Shown here: positions 1 to 11,871 of the stretch, one piece after another
How positions within the stretch are numbered: the stretch's first letter is position 1
Layout: every line of letters begins with the position of its first letter
Assembly: GCA_964016885.1 (NCBI GenBank)
Contig: OZ024743.1
Coordinates: forward strand, 238,080,001-238,144,000
Length of the DNA: 64,000 bases
Source: Eledone cirrhosa
Taxonomy: Eukaryota
Direction of reading: 5' to 3'
The notes under the pieces: generated by a model
Database searches by the model: none
What the model was told of the DNA's origin: nothing
What the model saw: only the letters and a program-made list of their open reading frames with translations
Program-made: the position numbers and the translations under genes

Positions 1-859
1 CAATAATCAATTTATTTTCCTGGAAGTGAGTTAAGTATATTTTATGTAACTATTTTATTTCATATTTCTTTTTTTAATTCTTTCACTGGTTTCAGTCATA
101 AGATTTTGGCCCAACTGGAGCACCATTTTGAAGTTTTTAATCAGTTATATTGATTTCAGTAATTACATTTTCATGCTTGATGTTTATTCTATATATACAT
201 TTATATGCATATATATATTTAGAAGCAGTAGCGCTAAGATAGCGTCGTGCATAATAGGGGTGTATATAATAACATATATAATATGTTTGTGTACAATAAA
301 TACCTGAAAACCTCATTATCAAAGAAAAAATAAATTTTCATAATGAAAAAAGTATTTTTCACTTTTGTTCTGTGAACAATATGTCAAAAATACCTGAGTA
401 CCCAGTGAGAATGCCAGACAGCTGTTTCAAAATTCATTAATCTTTTATTAGTGACATTCATTCAACTAGTTCTGAGATGAAAATAAACTAGAGCCTTTAT
501 AGATTTTGCGTATTCAACATTTGCTGGTGATGCTCATTTGCATATAGCAAATAGAAAATATCAGCTGTACATAAATATATTGTATATTATGTTCAGTGTT
601 ATCTTAGTGCTACAGTCAATTAAATATAACCAGCCAAGTTAGCACTATAAGCAAATGAGCATTTCCAGTTGAAGTTTTCTATTTGTAACATGCTGTGATG
701 ATGAAGACCCGTCCATAAGCATACAGTACAATACGACCTGATCCATCCATGCGTTACCCCATTCTACTATCACTCCCAGTAGCTATCCCCACCACTTCTG
801 CAGCCATCCTCCATACAGTACCACTCCTTAGCTATTACCCCTTGAAAGCTCTTAGATAC

Positions 860-1496
860 TCTCACTAATGCACCCAGAACACCCTGTAGGATGGTTGGCA
901 AACAGGAAGGGCACTCCACTGTAGAAACCATACCTAAAAGAATTGAGAGGAGGACCCCCCAGTTGTATCAATGACATAACTATCCCTCTAGTGTTGGTGA
1001 TCTACATGATAAATACACCCAGTACATACTGTTAACTGGATGGTAATAAGAAGGGCGCCTAGCCACAGAAAGCTTGCCAAATAAAGGGTTATAAGGACCT
1101 TTCAATTGTGTCATGGTCATGACAACATCCCAAGCATTGGTGATCTACACAATAAATGCACTTAGAGCATGCTGTAAAGTGGTTGGTGAAAGGAAGAGCA
1201 ATACAAGTACCTAGTAAACATTGTAATGTAGTTGGTGACAGGAATAACATCCAGCTGTAGATAGCTTTCCAAACTTAAGGTTGGGAGGACCCTCGAGTTG
1301 TCACAAAGGTATGACAAACTCTGTAGTGTTGGTGCCATAGTAAAATGCACTTGGTAGAATGTGGAACAGTATGTAAACAAAATGCAAATCCCCAGCCTGT
1401 CTCGGAGATCAGTAACCCTGCTTCAGTACAAACTCGGTCGTTGAAGACCCATCCAGCTCTTGTTAGCAGGGAAAGGGGATATTAAATGATGATGAT
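860..1496 (+). mobile_element. Degenerate RTE-type 3' region / RTE-tailed SINE with tandemly repeated module
   Basis: Several decayed copies of the GGTTGG..AGGAAGGGCATCCAGCTGTAGA module found in the RTE 3' UTRs elsewhere in the window; ends in aaatgatgatgat. Confidence 0.55.
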
Positions 1497-1684
1497 TTAT
1501 GGATCTAGCTTAGAGCTATTTTTAGCATTCTTGTTAGCCTGCCTGTAGCCTACTGCTTAAGCAGCGTCTGCATGTGTGCTCACAGTTGGTGTTGAATGCA
1601 TGGCCAATGACGGAACTTTGTGTGTTTAGTAAGACACGGTCTACTGATGATGGGTCTAGTGTCTTTATGTGACCTGTTACCTAA

Positions 1685-1780
1685 TAATTGTTTCTACTTT
1701 TGGCACAAGGCCAGCAATTATCCAGTGTATTACTGGTACTTTATTTTATCGACCCCGTAAGGATGAAAGGCAAAGTTAAA
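1685..1780 (-). mobile_element. tRNA-derived SINE, 3' fragment
   Basis: Reverse complement of CTTTGCCTTTCATCCTTACGGGGTCGATAAAATAAAGTACCAG...GGCCTTGTGCCAAAAGTAGAAACAATTATT. Confidence 0.8.
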
Positions 1781-1940
1781 TACTGGTATTTGGCACAATT
1801 TCTTCTCGGCCCAAAACAGCTGTATAGACTTTAAGAATCGGTTTTTACCATCTTCATGTAAGTTCATCACTTACTTTTCATATATATATGGTTTTGCATA
1901 TATTTTGTCTTGGTAATATTAACTCATGCATTATTATATA

Positions 1941-3250
1941 TAAAGTCAACCTGACAAAGACTAAGGTCCTAGAAAGTAGAAGAGAAAACAGAACCCAGAT
2001 CCCCGCAGGGAAGTGGCCTTGTTCAATATGTAGGTAGAAATTCCATCCTCTGTCCTATATGCAAACTATGAGATCTCAGGAAGTTTAGCTAAGAATGTAG
2101 GATTTCCATGTAACAGTGCTCTGGAACAGTAAGCAGCAAACGACCACAGGAAACAAGTGCTACCAAATTCTGGGAGGGCTCTGTAGAAACAGTAGGCAGA
2201 TTCTGCTACTAAGGTGACCAAATTAGCAGCGGAGGTGGCTGTTCTGAAAGTACAGTAGCCAGAGTTAGAATGGGATGGAGGAAGTTCAGTGAGTTACTAC
2301 CACTGCTGGTTACAATAGGCTTCTCCCTCAGAATGAAATGCAGACTGTATGATGCATGCATACAAACAGCAGTGTTGCATGGTAGTGAAACCTGGGCGCT
2401 GCGTGCAGAAGATTTGCGTAGATTGGAAAGAAATGAAGCATGCATGCTCTAATGGATGCGTAATAGTAATATACGAGAAACTAGGCATAAGAGGAATCAA
2501 ATGCTGTGAGCAGGAGAGGAGAGTGTGTTGATATGGACATGTGATGAATATGAAGCATGACAGCTGCATAAAAAAGTGCAGAGTGCTCAAAGTTGATGGA
2601 AGACTTGGAGTGGGAAGACTTGGGATGAGGTGATAAAAACCAACTTTGCCCAATTGCACCCTTCAAAGACACATGACCAAGATCTCTGGCAATACGCAGT
2701 AATACAGAAGACCCAACTTCCCACAAGCACAAACCAAAGCATATATACAGTATGCCCCAAACCATCCTCCCATACACCCCCATGAGGATAGGCCAAAGTG
2801 AATGCATCAAGTGAAGCCCCCAGCCCACACTGTTAAGTGGTCATATAGGCGTCACGACAAAAAGCACCCTGTACTCATTGTAAATGAGGTTGACCTTAGG
2901 AAGGGCATCCAGCTGTAGAATCCAAGCCAGAATCAGTCCTGTATGAGCAAGACATGGTCTTCAGAGCTAGCATTGCCCACAACAGGACAACCTGTCTAAC
3001 CCATGCTAGCCTGGAAAATCGACATAAACATCCAGCCCACACTGTAAAGTGGTCGTGTAAAAGACACAGCAAAAACACCAAGCACACACTGTAAATGTGG
3101 TTGGCACTAGGAAGGACATCCAGTCATAAAAAACCAGCCAGAAACAGTCCTACATGAGCGAGATACAGTCACTCAACCCAACTTGCGTCTAACCCATGCT
3201 AGCGTGGAAGAAGATGATAATGATGATGACGATGACGATGATGATGATGG
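1941..3250 (+). mobile_element. RTE-clade LINE, 5'-truncated, degenerate
   Basis: Fragments translate to KVNLTKTKVL, GWRKFSELLPLL and LYDACIQTAVLHGSETWAL; 3' UTR module and (GAT)n tail; many stops and frameshifts. Confidence 0.85.
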
Positions 3251-3570
3251 TGATATATATATATAACCAACAGAGATAAAGAAAATTTCTTTACCATACT
3301 ACATGGAACATCTCAGTGAATAAGATAGTTTAAAATGTCTAGATCAGAAAAGCATATAAACACAGTTTAAATGATGCCAAAGATGCAAGTGAAATTCTCT
3401 TGTATTAGTTAGTTTGGTCTGCATTTTTCACCTTTTGGAGATTTTGGCACAAGTTAAACTATGTTTATATATATAGTATTTAAATTAACTATGGGTTTCT
3501 CCACAGTTTCTGTCTACCACATTTCAATTGCAAAGCCAACTCCTAAACCTCACAGTCATATCGGTACCTA

Positions 3571-3721
3571 CCATATTTCCCGGCGCCGAGGATGCACCCT
3601 AATTTTGACAACTAAAATTTTTTTATTAAATAATAAACAACTTTCGGCCTCCAAGACGCAAGGTAGACTTTTGTGACTTATTTTAGGAAAAAAGTAGCGT
3701 CTTCAATGCCGGGAAATATGT
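3571..3721. mobile_element. Tc1/mariner-pogo-type MITE
   Basis: Terminal inverted repeats CCATATTTCCCGGC / GCCGGGAAATATG flanked by TA on both sides; ~150 bp, non-coding. Confidence 0.7.
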
Positions 3722-3791
3722 TAATTTATTTCACATTCTTCTAACACTAAAACTCAACATCCTTTCTTTATTTTTTATATTAATATTCCAG

Positions 3792-4265
3792 GTGTATTCC
3801 TGAATCTCCAAGGTGGCTTATTGGAAGAAAAGATTTCAGAGAAGCACAAACTATTTTAAAGAAAATTATGAAGAAAAATAAAATAGATCAGGAGGAAGTT
3901 TTTTATGATTTTACAAATAATTGTTTCTACTTTAGGCACAAGGCCAGCAATTACCCAGTGCATTACTGGTACTTTATTTTATCGACCCCGTAAGGATGAA
4001 AGGCAAAGTCAACCTCGACAGGATTTGAACTCAGATCGTAAAGGGACGTAACTATGCTGGAAAGCATGGCATCCGACCCTCTACCGATACTGCCAATCCA
4101 CCGCCCTTATGATTTTACAAATAATGAGGACATTTCATTGGAAAACAGTTTTCAACAAAATATACACGAGGAAAAAATATCAAAAAATGAGCGAAGCTAC
4201 AGTTTTATTGATCTGTTTAGAACATTCCGGCTTGCAATGATCACACTTAATATTTGTTTTAGTTG
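3792..4265 (+). pseudogene. SLC22-family (organic cation/anion transporter, MFS) internal exon, disrupted by a SINE
   Basis: ccag| acceptor and |gtaagt donor; translates CIPESPRWLIGRKDFREAQTILKKIMKKN...YSFIDLFRTFRLAMITLNICFSW, the central-loop signature of SLC22; the insertion adds an in-frame TAA at 3991-3993. Confidence 0.85.
3922..4106 (-). mobile_element. Full-length tRNA-derived SINE inserted in the exon
   Basis: A-box TGGCAGTATCGG, B-box GTTCAAATCC, central GCCTTTCATCCTTACGGGGTCGATAAAA (resembles the Meta-type SINE core), AATTATT tail; exact 19-bp TSD TTATGATTTTACAAATAAT at 3903-3921 and 4107-4125. Confidence 0.92.
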
Positions 4266-4314
4266 GTAAGTATGTCTTTGTTATATTCTTCAATGCCTCA
4301 TAACATATAGCTGT

Positions 4315-4495
4315 ATGGCAGTATCGGTAGAGAGTCGGACGCCATGATTTCCAGCATAGTTACGGCTCTTTACGGTCTGAGTTCAAATCCCGCCGAGGTT
4401 AACTTTGCCTTTCATCCTTTCGGGGTCGATAAAATAAAGTACCAGTAATGTACTGGGTATTTGCTTGCCTTGTACCAAAAGTAGAAACAATTATT
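4315..4495 (+). mobile_element. tRNA-derived SINE
   Basis: Same family: A and B boxes, central core, GTAGAAACAATTATT end. Confidence 0.88.
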
Positions 4496-4504
4496 ATATT
4501 ACTA

Positions 4505-4745
4505 TAATGTATTAAGTTATACATATTATAGCGCCCTTTAGAGGGGTATGGGGACACAATATTGATTTATTATACATATCATGGGGCCTGTTTGGTGGGG
4601 GTACAATGTTTAGGTGTATTATTGTATTACTGTAATGTTATACATATCATGGGGCCCTTTTAATGGACAACGTTTAGGTGTATTAAAGTATTATTGTAAA
4701 ATATTTAGTTATACATATCACAGGGCCCTTTTGGGGAGCAATGTT
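4505..4745. repeat. Degenerate minisatellite (~65-70 bp unit, ~4 copies)
   Basis: Recurring TTATACATATCATGGGGCC...ACAATGTTTAGGTGTATTA. Confidence 0.65.
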
Positions 4746-4849
4746 TTATGGCTTCATGCCCTCCTTCCTGGTATCAACCGTTTTTAGTCATCACCTCTTA
4801 CAAACTGCAGAGATATGGTGCACCTATTCAAAGCCAAGATACACAGTCA

Positions 4850-5105
4850 CAGAAATGGAATGAGATGGTTGGATCATGTGTTGAGGAAGGATGAATATGG
4901 CTGATTGAGAGGAATAATGTAAATGAATGTGAAAGGAAATGGAGGAAGCAAACAAACATGAAAGAGACGGCTTAATGTGATAGAAGAAGAAATGAAAACC
5001 AGGGAGTTGGTAAGGGAGAGGTGCAGAAGATAAGACAAAATGGAGAAGCTTCTCATTGTGCCTAAAAGGCTAACCCTTGATTTAGTTTGGAAAATGTTCT
5101 TAAAA
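4850..5105 (+). mobile_element. Old RTE-like 3' fragment
   Basis: RWLDHVLRKDE-like remnant; a related fragment lies at 25745-25955. Confidence 0.5.
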
Positions 5106-6469
5106 TATTTGTTGTTGTATCAGGTATTGAGATGAACTGAAGAATATCGAAGATTTAATATCTTTATATTGATAACATTTTTGTGTTTTATTGTACTATG
5201 ATTCTTTTCAACATGCTGACATGTATGCGTATGTGTGTGTGCATGTGTATATAAATATAAGTGCACAAGCCCAGACGCACTTACAAAAATACACACTCAC
5301 AGACATACATTCACACAAATACACATACATTCACACAAACTCACACATACATTCACACAAACACACACAAACACACATACATTCACACAAACTCACATAT
5401 ACATTCACACAAACACAAACACACACATACACACACACATTTACACATTCACATACACTCATACACAGCATAGCAAATGGAACGCCAGCTGATGTTTTGC
5501 TCTAATTTTTTCACCATCTTCCTTTTACATGCTTGTATGTGTTAGACAGGTTGTTACGTTATGAAGCCAGGCAGGTTATGTGACAACGTATTACTCATAC
5601 AATCTAATTTTGGTTTGGTTTTCTACAGCTGGATGCCCTTCCTAATGCTAGCCACATCACAATGTGTACTGGGAGTTTATTTTTATGGCACCAGCAACTT
5701 ACATGGTGCTTTTTGTCATGGCACATGTGAGGGAAATTTAGTAAGCAGAAATTGTGTCAGTCTGTGAGAGATTATTATTGAATGTTAGAGAGAAACATCT
5801 AGTTCTTGTGTGCCTTTAACAGAATCAATTCAGTTGCAAGCATTCAGGTCTGAAGATGTTCCTCCAACCTTCTCTCCAGTCTTGCTGACTCTAAAAAGGG
5901 GTCATAGCTGCTTTCCTTCTTCCTATGACTAAGTGATAAAATAATGTTGGAATCAATCCAATTTGGTATCGTTTTCTCTCTTATGTAATTCTTCTTCTTC
6001 TTCTTGAGAGGGCTCTGGGGGCAGAGTCTTCAAACACTCCTTCCAGCAGGTCCTGTCAGAAACAATCATCTCCAACTGATCCAGCTGGATCCCCAAGTGA
6101 GACTAGCCAAGCTCATGGATGTTATCCAACCATCTTGCTCAGTGTCTACCACTGGGTCTCCTGCCGGTTGGTTTTTCTCTTATATGAGATGTTAAGAGAT
6201 AAAAGCCTCTGGTAGTTCAAAAGAATGAGTACCAGTAATATACTGGTTTATTTTATCTCCAAATCTATGAAAATGTTCTTGTACATAATCAAAAGATATC
6301 AACATCCGATGAATTAAATGAGATATTTTCATTTTCTTCAAAAAAGATCTATTGTTAATAATACACTATATGTGTGTATGTATGTGTTTATGTTGGGTTC
6401 CTGGTATGTCCTGTAACTTAGCAGCTAGAAAAAACAAGCATCAATAAAATAATTACTGGGGTTATCAAA

Positions 6470-6605
6470 GGTGGTCAATATGGCAGGGTTGTCAGAACAT
6501 TGGATATTTCTTCCAGGTCTCTGTTTCCAGTTCAAACCCTTCCGAGGTCCACTTTGGCTTTCATCCTTTAGGAGTCGATAAAGAAAGTACCAGTTCAGTG
6601 CTGGT
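6470..6605 (+). mobile_element. Diverged tRNA-derived SINE
   Basis: GTTCAAACCC B-box and CTTTCATCCTTTAGGAGTCGATAAA core. Confidence 0.65.
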
Positions 6606-6754
6606 GCAGCCCTCTCTCCTTCCAGTTTCCCACATCCTGGATGATCTACTACAGAGCTTCTCAAAGAAGGTCCAGGGGGCACTGGGGCCTAAGGGGCGGT
6701 TAAGGGTAGAGATAAATATGATATAATACTATATTATATATCAAATTATACATA

Positions 6755-8369
6755 TCTATATATATAAAACTGAGGATGTCTGTCTGTGTGTATGTGAGGT
6801 CGAATCCCTAAAACTCGAAAACCACCCAACCGACTGTTTTCAAACTTTACATATGTAATACTTATGTTTCAGGGAGTCTTCTGAGCATTAGGCGATTTAG
6901 CGATCTCGCTCTATAATTCTTAGTCTTTCCCTTTTTAGATAGATACATACATATAACGTCGCACCCTTATAATATCTGTCTGTATGTCTGGCTGTCCGCA
7001 TTACGTTACTTCTACAATTCCTTCTCCGTCCAGAACGTGCCCTTATAATATCTGTCTGTATGTCTAGCTGTCTGCTGCCTCCGGTTATTCTGCCACCCTT
7101 GCTCAAGACAAATCTCACACTCATTCCCCAAACAGTTGGTAACTGCACACAACTTCTTCCTCACGTTTTAATCCACAGTGTTGCTTAGTTACATACCACC
7201 AGACCCTTACTTCTTTGCCAGCCGTGGTTGTAGCAATACTAAGCTTAGCTAAGGCGGTTATATATTTCACACAACACTAAAAATGAAAGCCGGTAACTAT
7301 GTATTAGTCAGTCTCTTCTGCATACCCTGAGCAAAGAAAATCCAACTTTAGTGGAGCGAGTGAAATAAAGTCGACCTTGCTGCGATTCAAAAATCAGATT
7401 TGCAGGTTATATATTTCACACAACACTAAAAATTAAAGCCGGTAAAGAAAAACATCGCTGTAATAGCTTCAGTTTGCTTACTTACATGCCTTTACGAGAA
7501 CAAAAGTTACTATTTTACCGCTTAGTATTGTAGAGAAGCACCAAACTGACTGTTTTCAAACTTTACACATGTAATACTTATGTTTCAGGGAGTGTTCTGA
7601 GCAAAAACAAATTTCAAATTTTCAATGCCCTAGGGACCGCATTAGGCGATTTACCGATCTCGCTCTATAATTCTTAGTCTTTCTCTTTTTAGATAGATAT
7701 ATACATATTGCGTCGCGACCTTATAATATCTGTCTGCATTACGTCACTTCCCTGAGGATGTCTGTGTGTGTGTGTGTGTGTGAGTTTGAATCACTAACAC
7801 TCGAGAAGTACCCAGCCGATTTTTTTCAAACTTTACATGTGTATTACTTATGTTTCAGGGAGTGTTATGCACATAACAAATACAACTTTTCTTTTATCTC
7901 CTAGGTGAAAAACTGAGTTTAAAAATTTTTTTAGGGGTTTTTTGAGGCGTTACGTCACACCGATTTCCCTGAAATTGTAACTATGTATTAGTCTGTCTTT
8001 TCTTTATACCGTAATCAAAGAAAATCCAGCTTCCTTATGGCCTAAGGCCCGCCTTAGGTGAAAAATTTCATTTTTTCAGCTTCTTAAGGCTTTTTGGAGG
8101 CGTTACGTCTAGCCTATTTTCCCGAAATATAAAGGCATATTATGCTCATAAAAAAATTTCATTTTCTTGATCCCCTAGGACCCGCTTTAGGTGAAAACCT
8201 GCATTTTTCCTGCTTTATCGAGAAAAATCTTAAAGATTATCCAGCCATCAGAGTATTCGGTTTATTTTCCTTACATATTGTCCAGGCATGCAGTTTTTAC
8301 ACGATTAATCTGTTGGCGGCCCGCGTTCCAAAATACCTTATCCCGTGCAACACCGGGTGCCACTGCTAG
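6755..8369 (+). mobile_element. Non-autonomous Helitron
   Basis: Starts A|TCTATATATATAAAA and ends with the CCCGTGCAACACCGGG hairpin followed by CTAG|T; no TSD; internal tandem sub-repeats. Confidence 0.8.
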
Positions 8370-8872
8370 TTATATATAAATATAGTAAAATAAAAAATAT
8401 ATATTTATTCATACAAAGTATATAATATATTATTTAATATATATAAATTTACGATATTATTTATTATATATTATTTACAATTTGTGTATAGGCTGTGAGG
8501 GGGTGGAAAAAAAGTTTGAGAACCTCTGATCTGCTAAATCAAAGAATGGAGGATCAAGAGGCTGTTTGTGTCTGCTCATCACTGTACAAGCACCTAAAAC
8601 CTTCAGCAAAAACATGGTTCATACTACCAAGTCATACTTGTTTGCAAGTGGTGGCTGTAGTTATAATGAAATAAACCCATGAATGCAATGTCCCAGTATA
8701 GCCACAGAGGTAAAGAATAAAAAAATGTAACAAGAATAAAATTCAAAAGACTATTAAGCTTTAGTGATATAAGGAGATATATAAAATTTTTCTTCTAAAA
8801 TTAGTTGTAGCATTAGTAGTTAGTATTGGATTATTTTGTGAGAAGACAGATAAATAAAGATTAATCTTTTAA

Positions 8873-9451
8873 CCCTTTAGCATTTAAACTGTCCATATCC
8901 GGCTAGAATTATCTCCCTCTTCTCTTCAATCTGGTCGTAAACGGCCCCTCATATCGACGTTAAGGTATTCTTCTCAAAATAAATAATATCATAAAAATCT
9001 CATAGATTCAATATTATGTAAGATAATTATGTAAAATAAAGCCTTTACCCAAAAAATACTATAGTAAATATAGAGTAATGTAAAGCTGAAAGTATGTCTT
9101 GGGTCAGTTGATTCTTTAAATTTAAGTTATGTACAGTTATGAGTAGGGTTTGTTGTAGTGCAAGAATGAGGTTATGATTAGTTTAAAGTTTTTTTTAACC
9201 AGATATTTTATATAGAGTTTAGAAAGAAATAATTAATTCTTTCATGACTGTGTTTCTAATGAAATACACTCTATTTTAATTAATTAATTTATGAAGAATT
9301 TTGAGGGATTTACTAAAATTATTAATTATTTTATTACTAAGATAGTAACGTAATGCAAGGTTCTTATATGGAAGATTTTAGTTTAAATTGGAAACCTTTA
9401 AAATGGGTGATTTTATTTCATAGAAACAAAGCGGGGTTGGTAACTAAAGGG
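8873..9451. mobile_element. piggyBac-like MITE
   Basis: TTAA|CCCTTTAG ... CTAAAGGG|TTAA; the mirror copy lies in the right arm (~23473-24070). Confidence 0.75.
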
Positions 9452-9837
9452 TTAATGCTTAATATCTGACACCACATGAAACAACATTAACAAAGGCATT
9501 ATTGAAAAGTACAAAACAACACTATGAATGCATCACATAAAAAACTACTCTTTATTAGCATATTTTTGCAATGTCTGTAAATGTACTATAAACTTTTAAA
9601 TTAGCAAGACATTCTTGAAAATTACAAAACAACATTATAACTAAATCACATTAAAAATTCGAGTCCTCCTCCGCCCCTCCTTTGCCCACCTATAAGTGTG
9701 CAAATGCTACATTTAAACACGATAAATTGAAGCTATAAACTCCCTAGCTGTGCCTGGTGTCCAGTATAGCCTTAATCAATTGGAATTTGAAGGAACTCCA
9801 CCGTATGGACATAAAACTAGGAAACTGCTGACGTTAA

Positions 9838-10058
9838 CTCTTTAGCAATTAAAACCAGCCGTATCTGGCCAGAATTCTCTCACCTTTTTCTGTTCAAACT
9901 GGCTGTAAATGGCTATTCATATATATGTAAGATATTGCTCTCAAAATAAATAATATCAAATTCCTGTATATTCGACATTATGTGAGATAATTATGTGAGA
10001 TAAAGTGTTTACCGTGGAAATACAATAATAAATATAGAGTAATATAAATGCTGAAGGG
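9838..10058. mobile_element. piggyBac-like MITE (short form)
   Basis: TTAA|CTCTTTAGCA ... TGCTGAAGGG|TTAA, inserted in an old RT remnant (ELHRMDIKTRKLLT). Confidence 0.7.
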
Positions 10059-10224
10059 TTAACCATATTCGCCTATGTTTATATTTAAGCTAAAATATAA
10101 ATTATCACCTTTATGTCTTTTCAACTTCAAAATATCTTCTTTACTGAACATTTCAATATCGTCACGTCATTTATTGACAATGTTTAAATCTCTACGTACC
10201 TTTAAATATGTAATTACAATAACT

Positions 10225-10430
10225 ATAGCAGTAAAGTATCGGACAACATGCTTTTCAGCATAGTCACGACCTTTTACGTTCTGTGTTCAAATCCCGGAAG
10301 GTTAGCTTTGCCTTTCATCCTTACAGGATCGATAAAATAAAGTACCAGTAACTAACTGGGATCGATTTAATCGACTTTCTCCTTCCCAAAACATTGTTGG
10401 CCTTGTGCCTAAATTAGAAACCAATAATTA
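10225..10430 (+). mobile_element. tRNA-derived SINE (older variant)
   Basis: GTTCAAATCC, CTTTGCCTTTCATCCTTACAGGATCGATAAAATAAAGTACCAG and GGCCTTGTGCCTAAATTAGAAACCAATAATTA. Confidence 0.8.
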
Positions 10431-11871
10431 TCTCCTCTATAGAGAATAATCTTTTTATTTCTACTGGTTTTCATGGACTAATAGCATATATATTTATTAG
10501 ATTTTTTTCCATACGTTGACGCGTATGTGTGTAAGTGGATATGCATACATTTATATGTATAAGTATATAAATACGCAAACACAGACATACTTACAAAAAA
10601 ACACACACTCACAGACATACATTTACATAAACACATACATACATTCACACAAACACACAATACATTCACACAAACACGCACACATATATTTACAGAAACA
10701 CACATACACTTACACACACCATAGTTTTTTCACCATCCCGTTCCTTCTTTTTACACACACATACATTCACACAGACGATTTTACATTTTCTACTTCATTA
10801 TGCATATTTCAAAGGCATTAAAATGTCATTGGGTAATAGTTATTTAATGCAGTTTCGTCAGGCAGGTGCTGAAAATGTAAACAGTTTTTGTTTTTGATTT
10901 TTGATATGCCCACTGTTGAAGAAATGTTGTTCATTTGGAATATATATAACAACCTACTGCGGGACATGACTATAATTCAGAGATGATAGATATATATCAA
11001 TAGATATTGTATATGCATATTGCCTATATTTTACCATTCTCTCTACCAAAATACAGCCACCGTATCTGCTATTAACTAAATGTGTGCACTCTGAACAGCT
11101 GATTGCAGCTGCATTACTGCAATTTAGCAGATTCATTGACTGAGCTAGACGTTGGCTGGAGAACGTTGACTTAATACCAGCGATCTTCGTTACTTTTATA
11201 TTATATTATACTCCCAACTGCTCTGTTTTGAATTTCCTGCATAAGGTTAGACTTTTCAATATTTCTTGTTTATGCTTCCTAATATTAAATTTTGAGTATT
11301 GAATGTTTGACTTTGTATCACCAGCTATTATTTGCTTGTATATATATAAGCCTTGTTATGTATATATGTATATATACAGGTAGTTAGTTGAGTTTTTTGT
11401 TTGGTGCAAATTCTCTTGTTTGAATTCAACCACCAAACCATGTGTTTTAGTCTACGATAGGATTCTTCCTCTTTTTCATTAGAGGCAGAGTGTGAGAACG
11501 GCAAGAACTGCTAGATACTTTGTCCAGTGGTAACGGCTAACACACACTATCTTATGACTTGGACCACCTACTGATGAAGTGTAACAGCTTGGTTACATAA
11601 ATATCTGCTGATATTACGTGACTTTCTGAACATTGTGGATCTAATATCTGCATTTGTGAAGTTATGTTGCAGAGAAATGATATTATCCAGGAGTTGAGAT
11701 TTTTACCTTTCTCTCTACCAAAACGCAGCCACCGTATCTGCTATTAACTAAATGTATGCACTCTCAACAGCTGATTGCAGCTGCATTACTGCAATTTGGC
11801 AGATTCGTTGAGTGTGCTAGACATTGGCAGGAGAACGTTGACTTAATACCAGCGATCTTCATCACTTTTAA

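Larger units (their letters stand above)
7296..11203 (+). repeat. Left arm of a large inverted duplication
   Basis: 7296-10054 matches the reverse complement of 22702-25744; ~10540-10770 matches ~22330-22550; 10774-11203 matches 20840-21268; scattered substitutions and indels. Confidence 0.9.
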
